The notes beneath the pieces were generated by a model, which was not told the origin of the DNA, searched no databases, and saw only the letters and a list, made by a program, of their open reading frames with translations. Below are positions 28,344-36,963 of a stretch of DNA of 64,000 bases, in pieces. Position 1 is the first letter of the stretch, and each line of letters begins with the position of its first letter. The stretch lies in IMG/VR virus record IMGVR_UViG_2895532408_000002, positions 11,952-75,951 of that record; one strand, 5' to 3'. Position numbers and translations under genes: made by a program. Source of the stretch: a virus (Duplodnaviria; Caudoviricetes).

Positions 28344-28818
28344 CTTCCGCTTCCTCACGTTTCCAGCGTTTTAGTTCACGCTCTTTGAAGGCCAGCACAT
28401 GCTTCATATAAGTTAGGGCGTCCGACGCAGAGGGATTAGGCTTCGTTATATGATTAAATCCAAGTTCAGTTTCAGGTAGATAAAACCCTGCAAAAGTCCC
28501 TCGCTCTTCATAGTGGCTACCAATTATCGACCACGCTAAATCCCCAATTTCGTCAAGTAACGAATCACTTACGTGCTCAGCCGTTTCCCTCGCTCGGAAA
28601 TAGGGCATATCAACCTCAAGGAATTTCTGAATTTTAGGATTAACCGCTCCATACCCAGCAACACACGCTGCCGTACCACAAGTGTGAATATCTACGGACT
28701 GGTCAGGGATTTCCTCATTCTCAAAATATGTTTGAATATCAAACGGCAGCTCAGACGCAACCACTTGTTCCATGGTCTCGATTAATAGTCTTAGCAGGGG
28801 AAAATTACCGGTACTCAT
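28336..28818 (-). CDS. HTCGT-x-AC-motif protein
   Basis: Paralog of 26380-27276 N-terminal domain. Confidence 0.75.
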   Translation of the reverse strand: MSTGNFPLLRLLIETMEQVVASELPFDIQTYFENEEIPDQSVDIHTCGTAACVAGYGAVNPKIQKFLEVDMPYFRARETAEHVSDSLLDEIGDLAWSIIGSHYEERGTFAGFYLPETELGFNHITKPNPSASDALTYMKHVLAFKERELKRWKREEAEDE

Positions 28819-29303
28819 AAGTCACCTCTCTGGGCAAGCGAAACCGTCGGAGAACCCTTACCCTTACCCACCACCAAATGATCGAGTAACGGCACATCGA
28901 TAGCCGACAGTGCTTGTTTAATCTCTTGTGTCAAACGAATATCCGCTGTGCTTGGCTCGGGATGGCCCGAAGGATGGTTATGCGCGATTATCAACGCCGC
29001 AGCATTCAGCTCTAAAACACGACGAATAATCTCACGAGGGTAAACCGAGGCCGAATTTATCGTACCTTCAAACATTATTTCACCCGCAATCAAACCGTGT
29101 TGAGCATCAAGGAACACGCAAAGAAAACGTTCGCGAGAACCCTCAGACAGTAGTAAGGAACAGTATTGCTTGCTGGCCTCAGCATTGGAGATTTTGTAGC
29201 GGCCATAATGGTTAGGCTGTTTCTCACGAATGATGTTTAGCGCTCGAGTGATAGCGCGTTTCTCAGTAGGGGTGTAAGGACCACAATCAGTTAGTTTAGT
29301 CAT
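28815..29303 (-). CDS. radC: RadC-like JAB-domain protein
   Basis: ERFLCVFLD, GTINSASVYPREI, AHNHPSG, PSTAD, LLDHLVV. Confidence 0.92.
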   Translation of the reverse strand: MTKLTDCGPYTPTEKRAITRALNIIREKQPNHYGRYKISNAEASKQYCSLLLSEGSRERFLCVFLDAQHGLIAGEIMFEGTINSASVYPREIIRRVLELNAAALIIAHNHPSGHPEPSTADIRLTQEIKQALSAIDVPLLDHLVVGKGKGSPTVSLAQRGDL

Positions 29304-29376
29304 AGTCGTCAATTTCCAATTTTTAAAAAGTTAATTACCAAAGTTTTCGAACAAAGGGGGGAACATTCCCCCCCTC

Positions 29377-29871
29377 TTAGGCGACGTCTTTCGCTCTTAC
29401 CTCGAGCATGGCCAGAAGATAATCGGCGTAGCTAATGAAATCATCCAGATACTCACTACCCAGATACAACCACGCAAAACGTTTAATACTTGCAAGGTCA
29501 AGTCCTATACCTTCAGCCGAATACCGGCGAATGTGGATATTGACCCCCAAGAGCGAATCAATCAGCAACGAGCCCGCTTCAAAATCATCCAGCACAAGAC
29601 TCACTTCTTCCACCAAGGCACAGATAAACGCGGATTCAATTAACATCCAGTGCGAATACTTCCAGCCCATCAAGGACCGAATCTTCGCATCACGGACACA
29701 GTAACCCTCAATCGTCGTGTGTGGTGTGTCTTGGGTTATCGGCTTGAGGTTCTGAATCGAGGCCCGAGAGCCTTCGTCTTCACCTTCGAGCGTCATAGCC
29801 AAACGACCACAGTTTCTCGCCGTATGTGCAACCGCAATCATACGCCGGAAAATAGGCAGATTTTTACTCAT
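29377..29871 (-). CDS. Hypothetical protein, probable divergent paralog of the HTCGT family
   Basis: LPIFRRMI / IEGYCVRDAKIRSLM align by eye with FPLLRMLI / VAGYGAVTPEIQKFL. Confidence 0.65.
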   Translation of the reverse strand: MSKNLPIFRRMIAVAHTARNCGRLAMTLEGEDEGSRASIQNLKPITQDTPHTTIEGYCVRDAKIRSLMGWKYSHWMLIESAFICALVEEVSLVLDDFEAGSLLIDSLLGVNIHIRRYSAEGIGLDLASIKRFAWLYLGSEYLDDFISYADYLLAMLEVRAKDVA

Positions 29872-29902
29872 AATCGTCAATCTCACTAATTGTCGGGTTA
29901 AA

Positions 29903-30289
29903 CTATGCCGATTCTCGGGCCGCAGCGCCACTACACGAAGACTTCTCGGTGAATTCGTCCTTACCTAGCACCTTCTCCATTGCACCCGCTGAGGATGCGA
30001 TAGAGGCCGCGCATTCAACACCACAGTTAAAACCAAAATCCACGAGTTTTTCGACCACTGAAAAGTCCAGGCCGAGTTCTTGACTCAGCGCTTGAGTACG
30101 ACGGTGCATTTCACCGAGGTCGTCCGTGCCCTTCAGAGCGTCGGATTTTCGGTAGAGACCAATGAGACATTCGATTTGCTTGGCTTTCATCTGCATGACA
30201 GCTTCAGCAATCTCACGCTGGGTTTGGCGCATGAGTTCACGAGGGGAGGGAGCAGTCTGGTTTACAGGCTGGGGGATGGTTGTAGTCAT
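29903..30289 (-). CDS. Hypothetical protein
   Basis: ORF track; conserved start motif. Confidence 0.75.
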   Translation of the reverse strand: MTTTIPQPVNQTAPSPRELMRQTQREIAEAVMQMKAKQIECLIGLYRKSDALKGTDDLGEMHRRTQALSQELGLDFSVVEKLVDFGFNCGVECAASIASSAGAMEKVLGKDEFTEKSSCSGAAARESA

Positions 30290-30350
30290 ATCGTCAATTT
30301 CCTAAGTTAATTAATCGGCTCACGCCGTAACACCCCGAAGGGCGGATTTA

Positions 30351-30379
30351 GTTATACAAGGGCAAAATGCCCCCGTCAA
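30351..30379 (-). promoter_or_regulatory. Sigma70-like promoter TTGACG-17-TATAAC for the early array
   Basis: Near-consensus hexamers; operator CACAATTTTGGTGTG at 30407-30421. Confidence 0.75.
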
Positions 30380-30877
30380 TTGCAATGGTCTGATTAGGAC
30401 CAAAAACACAATTTTGGTGTGGTTCAAATTCACAGGGTTTTGTTGGTCGTTGCGACAGTGAGGACCACCCGTGAATTCAAAATCCCTGTCGCGCAAAAGT
30501 TACAGCTCGTCACGCAAAGGTCGTTTGCCAGATCACTGCGGCTTGCAGCAAGTCACAAGGAGGAACACGGACAACGCTTGTAAATAATCCTTGGCTACGA
30601 ATTAAAACGAAAGCGAAGTTTTTAAAAGTATACTTCTTAAAAAATGTTCCCAGTAAAATATATAAATGTACATTTAATAACGAAAGTTTGTGGGAACATT
30701 TTTGTCACCGGCTCTGTAGGCCTTATCCACCACGGCATTGCGAGTAATAAATACCCTCACCGAAGTTACGCGTAACTGGTCAAATTTCGCACAGCTACAG
30801 GCCGCATTCTACCGTTCGAGCATTTCGCAAAAAACGCTGAGAAAGTTTATGAGAACACAAAACCTAAGTTATTGAAT

Positions 30878-31186
30878 CTAGGCCCTTAAATTGGTCTTGT
30901 GTGTGACTTTTAAGGGTTCTGCACAGGTTACGTCAAAAAGTTTACGGGAACAGGTGTTAACTGGCTCGGGAATGTCTGTTTTGGCCAGTCTAATTGTTGT
31001 GCTCATTTCGCAAACTAACAACATTTGGTGATGCTTTGCTACGCGCTCGGGGTCCAAATTACCTAGCTGTAAGAGTGTCACACCTTTCAATTCTAGCGTG
31101 CCAATCTCGTATTGTAGCGTGCCGTATTGGAGGACAACCACTGGCTTAGGCCAGCCAAAATATACCGAAACGTTATTAAATTTCAT
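30878..31186 (-). CDS. Hypothetical protein
   Basis: Start MKFNN after motif. Confidence 0.6.
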   Translation of the reverse strand: MKFNNVSVYFGWPKPVVVLQYGTLQYEIGTLELKGVTLLQLGNLDPERVAKHHQMLLVCEMSTTIRLAKTDIPEPVNTCSRKLFDVTCAEPLKVTHKTNLRA

Positions 31187-31510
31187 CGTCAATTTCCTGT
31201 CAAAAAGTGTCCAAAATTGTCTCAAAATGGGGGAGAATGTTCCCCCCTTTAGGCTCTTAACCTATCTCAAAATGGGGGAGAATGTTCCCCCCCTTAGGCC
31301 CTAAAATCGGGCTCGGTTTTGAGGTTAAGGCAAATACCTGTGGCCTTAAATTACTTTACACGACCCTTGTATAGGTCCTATATTCTCATGCGAGAAGCTT
31401 GGGGAGAGGGTTGAGGGTTGGAATCGGCCCTGCTCCTATTTCCGCGCTGTCAACACTTGATTCGAATTTTTCGATTCTTTTTATCGAACCAAAAACCACC
31501 AGCCTAGATT

Positions 31511-31771
31511 TTAGATTCTATTTTTTAGAATGAATCCGCCTTTCCACCAGCAAAAGCGCACTTCCACCAGCCGAAAATGACTTCTTCTATCGTGAGCTTC
31601 ATCCCACAAACTGAAAATCGAGATCAAGAACAGCGGAATACTAGCGTAACTAGGTACACCTATTAGGCCCAGGCCCTCGGCACTCGAAATGAGGACCGTG
31701 AACCCAGCCACCAGCGTGAGAAAGTGCACCATAAACGCAATAAATAAAGCTATATCTGTACGTTTAATCAT
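31511..31771 (-). CDS. Small 2-TM membrane protein
   Basis: Hydrophobic segments; variant motif GGAAATTGATGATG. Confidence 0.65.
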   Translation of the reverse strand: MIKRTDIALFIAFMVHFLTLVAGFTVLISSAEGLGLIGVPSYASIPLFLISIFSLWDEAHDRRSHFRLVEVRFCWWKGGFILKNRI

Positions 31772-31784
31772 CATCAATTTCCTT

Positions 31785-31967
31785 TTAGTTGAACAAGTGT
31801 GGTTCGGTAAAATATAAATCCCGAATATTCTCTTCAGTTAAGACTTTTACGTGCTTTTTTAATTTAGAAAGTAGAATGGTTCGTGTGTATGGGCCATCGT
31901 GAATAACAAACCCTGCCCTTTGCTTACCATGCGGGCCCATGAGTAGCTTGCTTTGCACTGTAATCAT
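31785..31967 (-). CDS. Hypothetical protein
   Basis: Variant motif GGAAATTGATGATG. Confidence 0.65.
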   Translation of the reverse strand: MITVQSKLLMGPHGKQRAGFVIHDGPYTRTILLSKLKKHVKVLTEENIRDLYFTEPHLFN

Positions 31968-32199
31968 CATCAATTTCCTTGTATCTGGGGGGAATGTTCC
32001 CCCCTAAAAATCGCCGCGACAGTCACGGCCCTGTAGTTGCCCAAATTCCCTTCGCGCCAATTGCTATAACAATCCACCAGCCTAGACCCTAGAAACGAGG
32101 CCCTAGGCACGCAATACGCTAATAAAGAACCGCGTATACCCACCAGCACGCACATCATGTATATGATGTAGGCACGCGCTTAATAGCTTCGCGAAAAGT

Positions 32200-32238
32200 A
32201 AAAAACCGATTAGTACTAGCCGTACTAATCGGTTTTTT
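32200..32238. terminator. Intrinsic terminator AAAAAACCGATTAGTAC-TAGCC-GTACTAATCGGTTTTTT
   Basis: 17-bp perfect stem with tracts on both sides. Confidence 0.85.
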
Positions 32239-32280
32239 ATTTCTCGAATTGAGGGGGGAATGTTCCCCCCCTTGGTCCGC

Positions 32281-33000
32281 TTACTTGGTCAATTGCTTTT
32301 CGATATCCTTTTGAATATCTAGCGTTAATGCAAGCATAGCTTTGGCAACTTTTGCGCGGTGAGTCTTAGGTAAACCAGCCGCGTCTAGGGCCTCAAGTTG
32401 GTGATTGATCAATGCTTGAGTGTGATCCTCAAGCTTAGAAACTAGGGCCTGAACCGCACTTGTTACATTGTCGTCCGCTGCACGTTTAGCCGCGCCCCCC
32501 TCTTTATCCTTGCCTTTTACCGGCTCGTTTTTCGCGTCCTTGCTTGGCTTTTCTTCTTTCGCGTTAGCCGGTAAATAACCCTCTAAAAAGGCCAACCATT
32601 CCACGCGCCCTTGTGGAGCAGTACCCGCGCCGTAAATATCCGCGCTTAATACCTTGTCACCTATTTGCGCAAAAGTGCCGTTTAATTCGATGGTTTTGAT
32701 AGCGTCGAAAAACTTGGTTAGATATTGGCGGTTATCATTTACGAATTTCACGTAAGTTTTCCAATAGCCTTTCGCCTGATTGTATAGGCGTGAGCTATCG
32801 CGGTTAGCTTTTGTACGTTGGTTAGCTGGCACGCCGTACAAGTCGCAACAAAGCGCAATATTAGCGCCTTTTTCCATGTTGTGTGCTACGGCATAGCAAG
32901 CGATAGCCATTTTCACGGCTGGCACACGTAGATCATTCTTATCAGCAGTAACAAGCGCAGAAGCAAAAACAGAAGCGTTAAAAGTGGTGGTAGTAGTCAT
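32281..33000 (-). CDS. Hypothetical protein, first gene of the early arm
   Basis: ORF track; motif at start; TTGCAT-18-TATAGT upstream (33088-33117). Confidence 0.8.
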   Translation of the reverse strand: MTTTTTFNASVFASALVTADKNDLRVPAVKMAIACYAVAHNMEKGANIALCCDLYGVPANQRTKANRDSSRLYNQAKGYWKTYVKFVNDNRQYLTKFFDAIKTIELNGTFAQIGDKVLSADIYGAGTAPQGRVEWLAFLEGYLPANAKEEKPSKDAKNEPVKGKDKEGGAAKRAADDNVTSAVQALVSKLEDHTQALINHQLEALDAAGLPKTHRAKVAKAMLALTLDIQKDIEKQLTK

Positions 33001-33197
33001 TATCGTCAATCCTTAAAAGTTAATTTGTTGGTGGGGGAATGTTCCCCCCTCGAGTCAGTAAGTCGCTACTTGCCCCGAGTTGTATTCACTATATAAGGGG
33101 GGGTAGATTTTATGCAAGAAAATGGGGCGATATAGTGGGGTGGTCATCACACGCCACCTGAAAAATTTTTGGAATTTTGGAAGGTTATAGCTACTAC

Positions 33198-33305
33198 CCT
33201 CAACCCTAGAACCGAGAACCGAGAACCGAAATCCTCAACCCTCAACCCGAGAACCTAGACCCAAGACACAAAAACTCAATCCTAGACCCGAGAACCTAGA
33301 CCCAA
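33198..33305. repeat. Strand-biased array of degenerate ~7-mers (AACCGAG / ACCTAGA / ACCCTCA)
   Basis: AGAACCG x3, CCTCAAC x2, CCCGAGAACCTAGACCCAA x2. Confidence 0.75.
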
Positions 33306-33336
33306 AAGTGAACCTTAGGAATATAAAACGAGTAGT

Positions 33337-33535
33337 AAAAGAAAACCCCGAGGGTTGGGCCACTCGGGGTTTGAGACGTTCAACGTAATCAGAGGTCGTT
33401 GTGCGTAGGATAAGCTTGAAACTAGGTATGTATACAGGAGTACAAAAGTTAGAACAGCTTTATCGTCAATTTCCAGATTGTAGGAGTGGTTAAGGTGTCG
33501 AGCCCCCACTCGGTTGATTAGCCTTTAAAGGTGTA
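33337..33535 (-). ncRNA. Candidate non-coding RNA carrying a start-less target motif (possible sponge)
   Basis: TTGACA at 33561-33566 (weak -10), TGGAAATTGACGATAA at 33460-33475 with no ATG, terminator stem 33343-33372 plus U tract. Confidence 0.4.
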
Positions 33536-33680
33536 TGTGCATATACAAGACTTTATTTGCTGTCAACGCCAACTAAAGTATAAAATTTTTCTTAAGTGGT
33601 CAAGCCAGTAAATAGGGGTTTACCCCCCGTATTCATAGGATAAGCTTAAAGCATTAAGCTCTTCAGCATGATTCTAAACA

Positions 33681-33751
33681 CACAATTAAACTGTGTTTAC
33701 CTAAGAATACAAATAGACAAACTGAAGCGATTTACACACACCCTAATTGTG
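33681..33751. promoter_or_regulatory. Two CACA-N7-TGTG operators (33681-33695, 33737-33751)
   Basis: CACAATTAAACTGTG and CACACCCTAATTGTG. Confidence 0.6.
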
Positions 33752-33768
33752 TGAACGAAAAATTAAAA

Positions 33769-33800
33769 AAGCCAAAAATAATTTAAATTATTTTTGGCTT
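33769..33800 (-). terminator. Perfect 32-bp palindrome, probable terminator of primase-helicase
   Basis: AAGCCAAAAATAATTT|AAATTATTTTTGGCTT with U tract on minus strand. Confidence 0.65.
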
Positions 33801-33847
33801 AATAAGGTTTTGATTGTTTAGTGTCCGGTTATTGGCCTATCCGTGGC

Positions 33848-36358
33848 CTATCCGTGGCCGTTTAGATGAATGTCTAATCCGTAATATTGAATCACTAAAC
33901 GGTTTTTTGAATCGCGTCCTACGACTTGGAGAAACTGGTATAACGTGCTCAGCTCTTTCGTTCTGCGATAGAATTCACCTTCATCTACGACAGCCCCGTT
34001 TTTAAACTCCCTCACAGAGGCAGCATACAAGGTATATAAATCTCTACCGGAAATAGACGGTAGTGCTTTTAGTTCTTCTAGCAGCTCTTCTTTAGGCAGC
34101 GATTTAAGGACCGCTATCATTGAATCATCAGAAAGCTCAATGTAGCCCGAGGCCTCAAAGAAGTAGCGAACGTTGTTATTCATCTGGCCGAGTTGCCGCA
34201 CAAGCTCATGGTGTGAGTCTGGTAGCGTATAGTCTCTTTGATTCACCAATCTCGGGTAAGCTTGCAAGGCCCACGAAATGATTTTGTCTTTTTCTTCCGC
34301 GACAATCTTATTGCCAATATCCAGTTCTTGTTTCCCTTTCGGGATGGGCTTGTTCGTATTAAGTATCAACCAACGACGAGTAAACCCCTCGGAGAAATCT
34401 TTTGTCTTCGGAAGATGATTTGAGGCAAACCAATGGGTGGCCATCGGTTGCAAAGTGTTATGTTGATTTATGTTTCGCTTCAAAGTGATTTCATTCCCAT
34501 CGACGATATCTTTAAAGCGCTGGCTGTTAATCGGTTCGTTTTCAGAGAGTTCCCCGCACAGGTTCAACAGCTTGTTTGATAGTGCGGCCAGTGCGTCATT
34601 ATCACCCCACTTGTTAGGCGGGAGCGAAACGCGCTTTTGAGGGGGGACAAGGCCACGGATGATATTTAGTATCTGGCTCTTACCCGACTTTGGGGTTCCG
34701 TGAAGTAAGATAGCCCGTTGAAAAAGAGTGCCGGTGTTGAAGAACGTTGCGGCCATGGCCTCTTGCAACGCCAGGATGTTATCGCTCTCTTCGTCGCTGG
34801 CCCAAATGTCCGTGATAAAGTTATAGAGCTTTTCAGGCGGGTAAATCTGTTCGGGGTCGAAAGTAAACGGAAGTGTGTATGTCAGCCCCATATCGGGGTC
34901 GTGTGGGAGTAGCTGAAGATGAGAGTTTACGAACCCGTTATTGAAGTTCACCCCAACAGCATTGACGCGTCTAAGCGGCAGGGCCAGTTTGTTTTTGATG
35001 GCCATAATAATCGCTTTCGTGTTACGCGTACCTTTGTCTGTGAAATTCGACGGGAAGTACCGGTCTATAATTTCGCTTATCTCATAATCCTCCACGGGAG
35101 CCCAATGTGTTCCAACCCAGCGACATAATCTATGTGGGTCAATGCCCGAATCAAAACGATGTTCGGTTTGGCTAGATAGAAATTGTGTGAGGATAGTCAC
35201 GATGGCCGGAAGGTCTATAACGCCACGCGCTTGTTTTCTTAAGCTGGTTATTTGGCTATCCATCTTCGTCATGTTTAGCTTCATCCCAGACTGTCTAGAG
35301 ATATATCGTTTAAGTTGGTCTATCTCTAGCTTTGTTACGGTGAAGGAACGAGCGATTTCCTCCATGGCCGACTGGCAAGCGCTAAGCATTTGGGTTTCAT
35401 TCCCGATGGCATCCGACATTTTATCGAAAACGAACTGTTGCAACCCTTGATATGTATACTGAGCATCCTTTGAAGTGAAGGGAATGGCGTACCGGTCCTT
35501 CATACTGGCGCCAATATTGACGTCCCAGTGTGGCGGGAGGCGAAGATTGTAGTACATCCGAACTTGATGGATGAGTGAGTAAAAGGTTTGGAAATAGGCG
35601 TCTTTTTGATGATTTGGCGGTATTTCGTCAAAATTTTGCGAAAAACTGTTATAAAGCGCATCAATTTCCTGCAAAACAGGTAAAAGATAGGTGTTTTTGT
35701 CGCAATTTAGTAAAAAATCGTAGCAAAAATGCGTCAAGTAGGACCGCATATTTACGTCTAATTGGCCTAGCGTGTGTAATTTTGTCCTTGCTTCATGCTG
35801 ATATTGCTCTTTTTGAAACTCGACCTCGGGCAAAATCTCCTGCAAGACGTCCATGATGTGATGCGGCTCGAATACCGGTAGGTTGTCTATTACGTCTTTT
35901 GTGGGTACCTGTGTGGGGGAAGTGAGTACCACAAACGTGTCTTCCGCAAGGAAGGAAAGCAAACTTCCCTCGAGGCCCGAGCCGTGAACGGTAAATGATT
36001 TTAAAGAGTCACTGCAGGGTGACGGGGCAGGGGCTTTAAAAATCATGTAATGGTTGTTTGACTCGGAGACCAGCCAAAAACTTGATGGTAGCTTATGTGA
36101 CAGTGAAAGCTTTAAATCGGATTGTTTATGATCGAGCCTAACCGCAACAAGACAAGATTCACTCTCGTCTTTTAAGGCCTGACCTAGGGCCACACCGCAA
36201 AGCTTATCCGCATGTGTCGCTTGCCAGTTCTTTTGGTGTAACTCTTGGGTCGCTTGCAGTATTTTATCACTTGGGATAGCTGGCAACTTTGACGTTTTAA
36301 ATATTGGGATGGTTGGCACACCCACAGCAAATAAGGCTTTCGATAATAAACTATACAT
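33848..36358 (-). CDS. Primase-helicase (D5/P4-type SF3 NTPase)
   Basis: GTPKSGKS Walker A, NLCGE, FKDIVDG, FASNHLP, GFTRRW; N-terminal primase domain divergent. Confidence 0.88.
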   Translation of the reverse strand: MYSLLSKALFAVGVPTIPIFKTSKLPAIPSDKILQATQELHQKNWQATHADKLCGVALGQALKDESESCLVAVRLDHKQSDLKLSLSHKLPSSFWLVSESNNHYMIFKAPAPSPCSDSLKSFTVHGSGLEGSLLSFLAEDTFVVLTSPTQVPTKDVIDNLPVFEPHHIMDVLQEILPEVEFQKEQYQHEARTKLHTLGQLDVNMRSYLTHFCYDFLLNCDKNTYLLPVLQEIDALYNSFSQNFDEIPPNHQKDAYFQTFYSLIHQVRMYYNLRLPPHWDVNIGASMKDRYAIPFTSKDAQYTYQGLQQFVFDKMSDAIGNETQMLSACQSAMEEIARSFTVTKLEIDQLKRYISRQSGMKLNMTKMDSQITSLRKQARGVIDLPAIVTILTQFLSSQTEHRFDSGIDPHRLCRWVGTHWAPVEDYEISEIIDRYFPSNFTDKGTRNTKAIIMAIKNKLALPLRRVNAVGVNFNNGFVNSHLQLLPHDPDMGLTYTLPFTFDPEQIYPPEKLYNFITDIWASDEESDNILALQEAMAATFFNTGTLFQRAILLHGTPKSGKSQILNIIRGLVPPQKRVSLPPNKWGDNDALAALSNKLLNLCGELSENEPINSQRFKDIVDGNEITLKRNINQHNTLQPMATHWFASNHLPKTKDFSEGFTRRWLILNTNKPIPKGKQELDIGNKIVAEEKDKIISWALQAYPRLVNQRDYTLPDSHHELVRQLGQMNNNVRYFFEASGYIELSDDSMIAVLKSLPKEELLEELKALPSISGRDLYTLYAASVREFKNGAVVDEGEFYRRTKELSTLYQFLQVVGRDSKNRLVIQYYGLDIHLNGHG

Positions 36359-36362
36359 TCGG

Positions 36363-36851
36363 TTACTCCTGATTAAGTACGAGTTTCATTTCGTCTATAA
36401 ACTCAGATTTTTGCTGCGGTGTTAGATAGCGCTCCATGCTATCGAGGATAAAGGTTTTGAATACACCAAATTGTTTTATACCTGAGGCGCGTTCTTGAAC
36501 GTCGAGGATTTTTTCCATTAATGACACCATGGTCCGAAAGGTACTGGTCATTTCACTGGTGTCGCTTTTATTCAGCGCGGTTTTGAAGCTTTTCATATCC
36601 CGATAAAGTTGTAACGCTTCGGTTTCAAAATCCGGTATGGAATCCAAATCCTCAATCTCTTGGGCTGCAACGGTCATGCCATCGTTGGAGTTGGGGCTAA
36701 ACAGTAGGGCGAGAAATTCTATCTCGTTGGGTTCGTAGGGACAGTCTTCATCCTCGAGGTAGGTGGGGTCGTCTTGGATAAGTTTTTTCCACGTATTCAG
36801 CGTTGTGAAAAGGTTCGGGGTGAACTCAGGATAGAATTTGGGTGTTTTCAT
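36363..36851 (-). CDS. Hypothetical protein (terminase small subunit candidate)
   Basis: Helical, adjacent to but divergent from terL; function is inference. Confidence 0.55.
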   Translation of the reverse strand: MKTPKFYPEFTPNLFTTLNTWKKLIQDDPTYLEDEDCPYEPNEIEFLALLFSPNSNDGMTVAAQEIEDLDSIPDFETEALQLYRDMKSFKTALNKSDTSEMTSTFRTMVSLMEKILDVQERASGIKQFGVFKTFILDSMERYLTPQQKSEFIDEMKLVLNQE

Positions 36852-36895
36852 CGTCAATCTCCGCATTGTTATAGGTTAAATATCATACCGCAAGA

Positions 36896-36924
36896 TTGCC
36901 TGTATAGTCAGTAAAGCGTAATCT
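36896..36924 (+). promoter_or_regulatory. Promoter TTGCCT-17-TAATCT for terminase operon
   Basis: Similar sites at 40244-40272 (TTGGCA-17-TAAGAT) and 53917 (TATACT), each followed by CGAAAA. Confidence 0.55.
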
Positions 36925-36963
36925 AGGCGAAAAATAGACTAATTGACGATAATTGGGGTAGCT

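Larger units (their letters stand above)
16029..33049. repeat. 13 dispersed intergenic hairpins G4-7-(AG)AACATT/AATGTT-C5-7
   Basis: Copies at 16032, 18139, 20397, 20677, 22916, 25908, 28141, 29356, 31229, 31274, 31987, 32253, 33033. Confidence 0.92.

Noticed and set aside
16029-33049. G/C hairpin repeats as a CRISPR array or integron attC sites
   Set aside because: Spacing is irregular and gene-sized, no cas or integron integrase is seen, and there are no RYYYAAC/GTTRRRY ends
33315-33509. 64-aa GTG ORF
   Set aside because: No SD and reads through a strong terminator; likely spurious
33769-33800. Perfect palindrome as a protelomerase telRL site
   Set aside because: No protelomerase in the window; position after a stop with a U tract fits a terminator (not excluded if the enzyme is encoded elsewhere)
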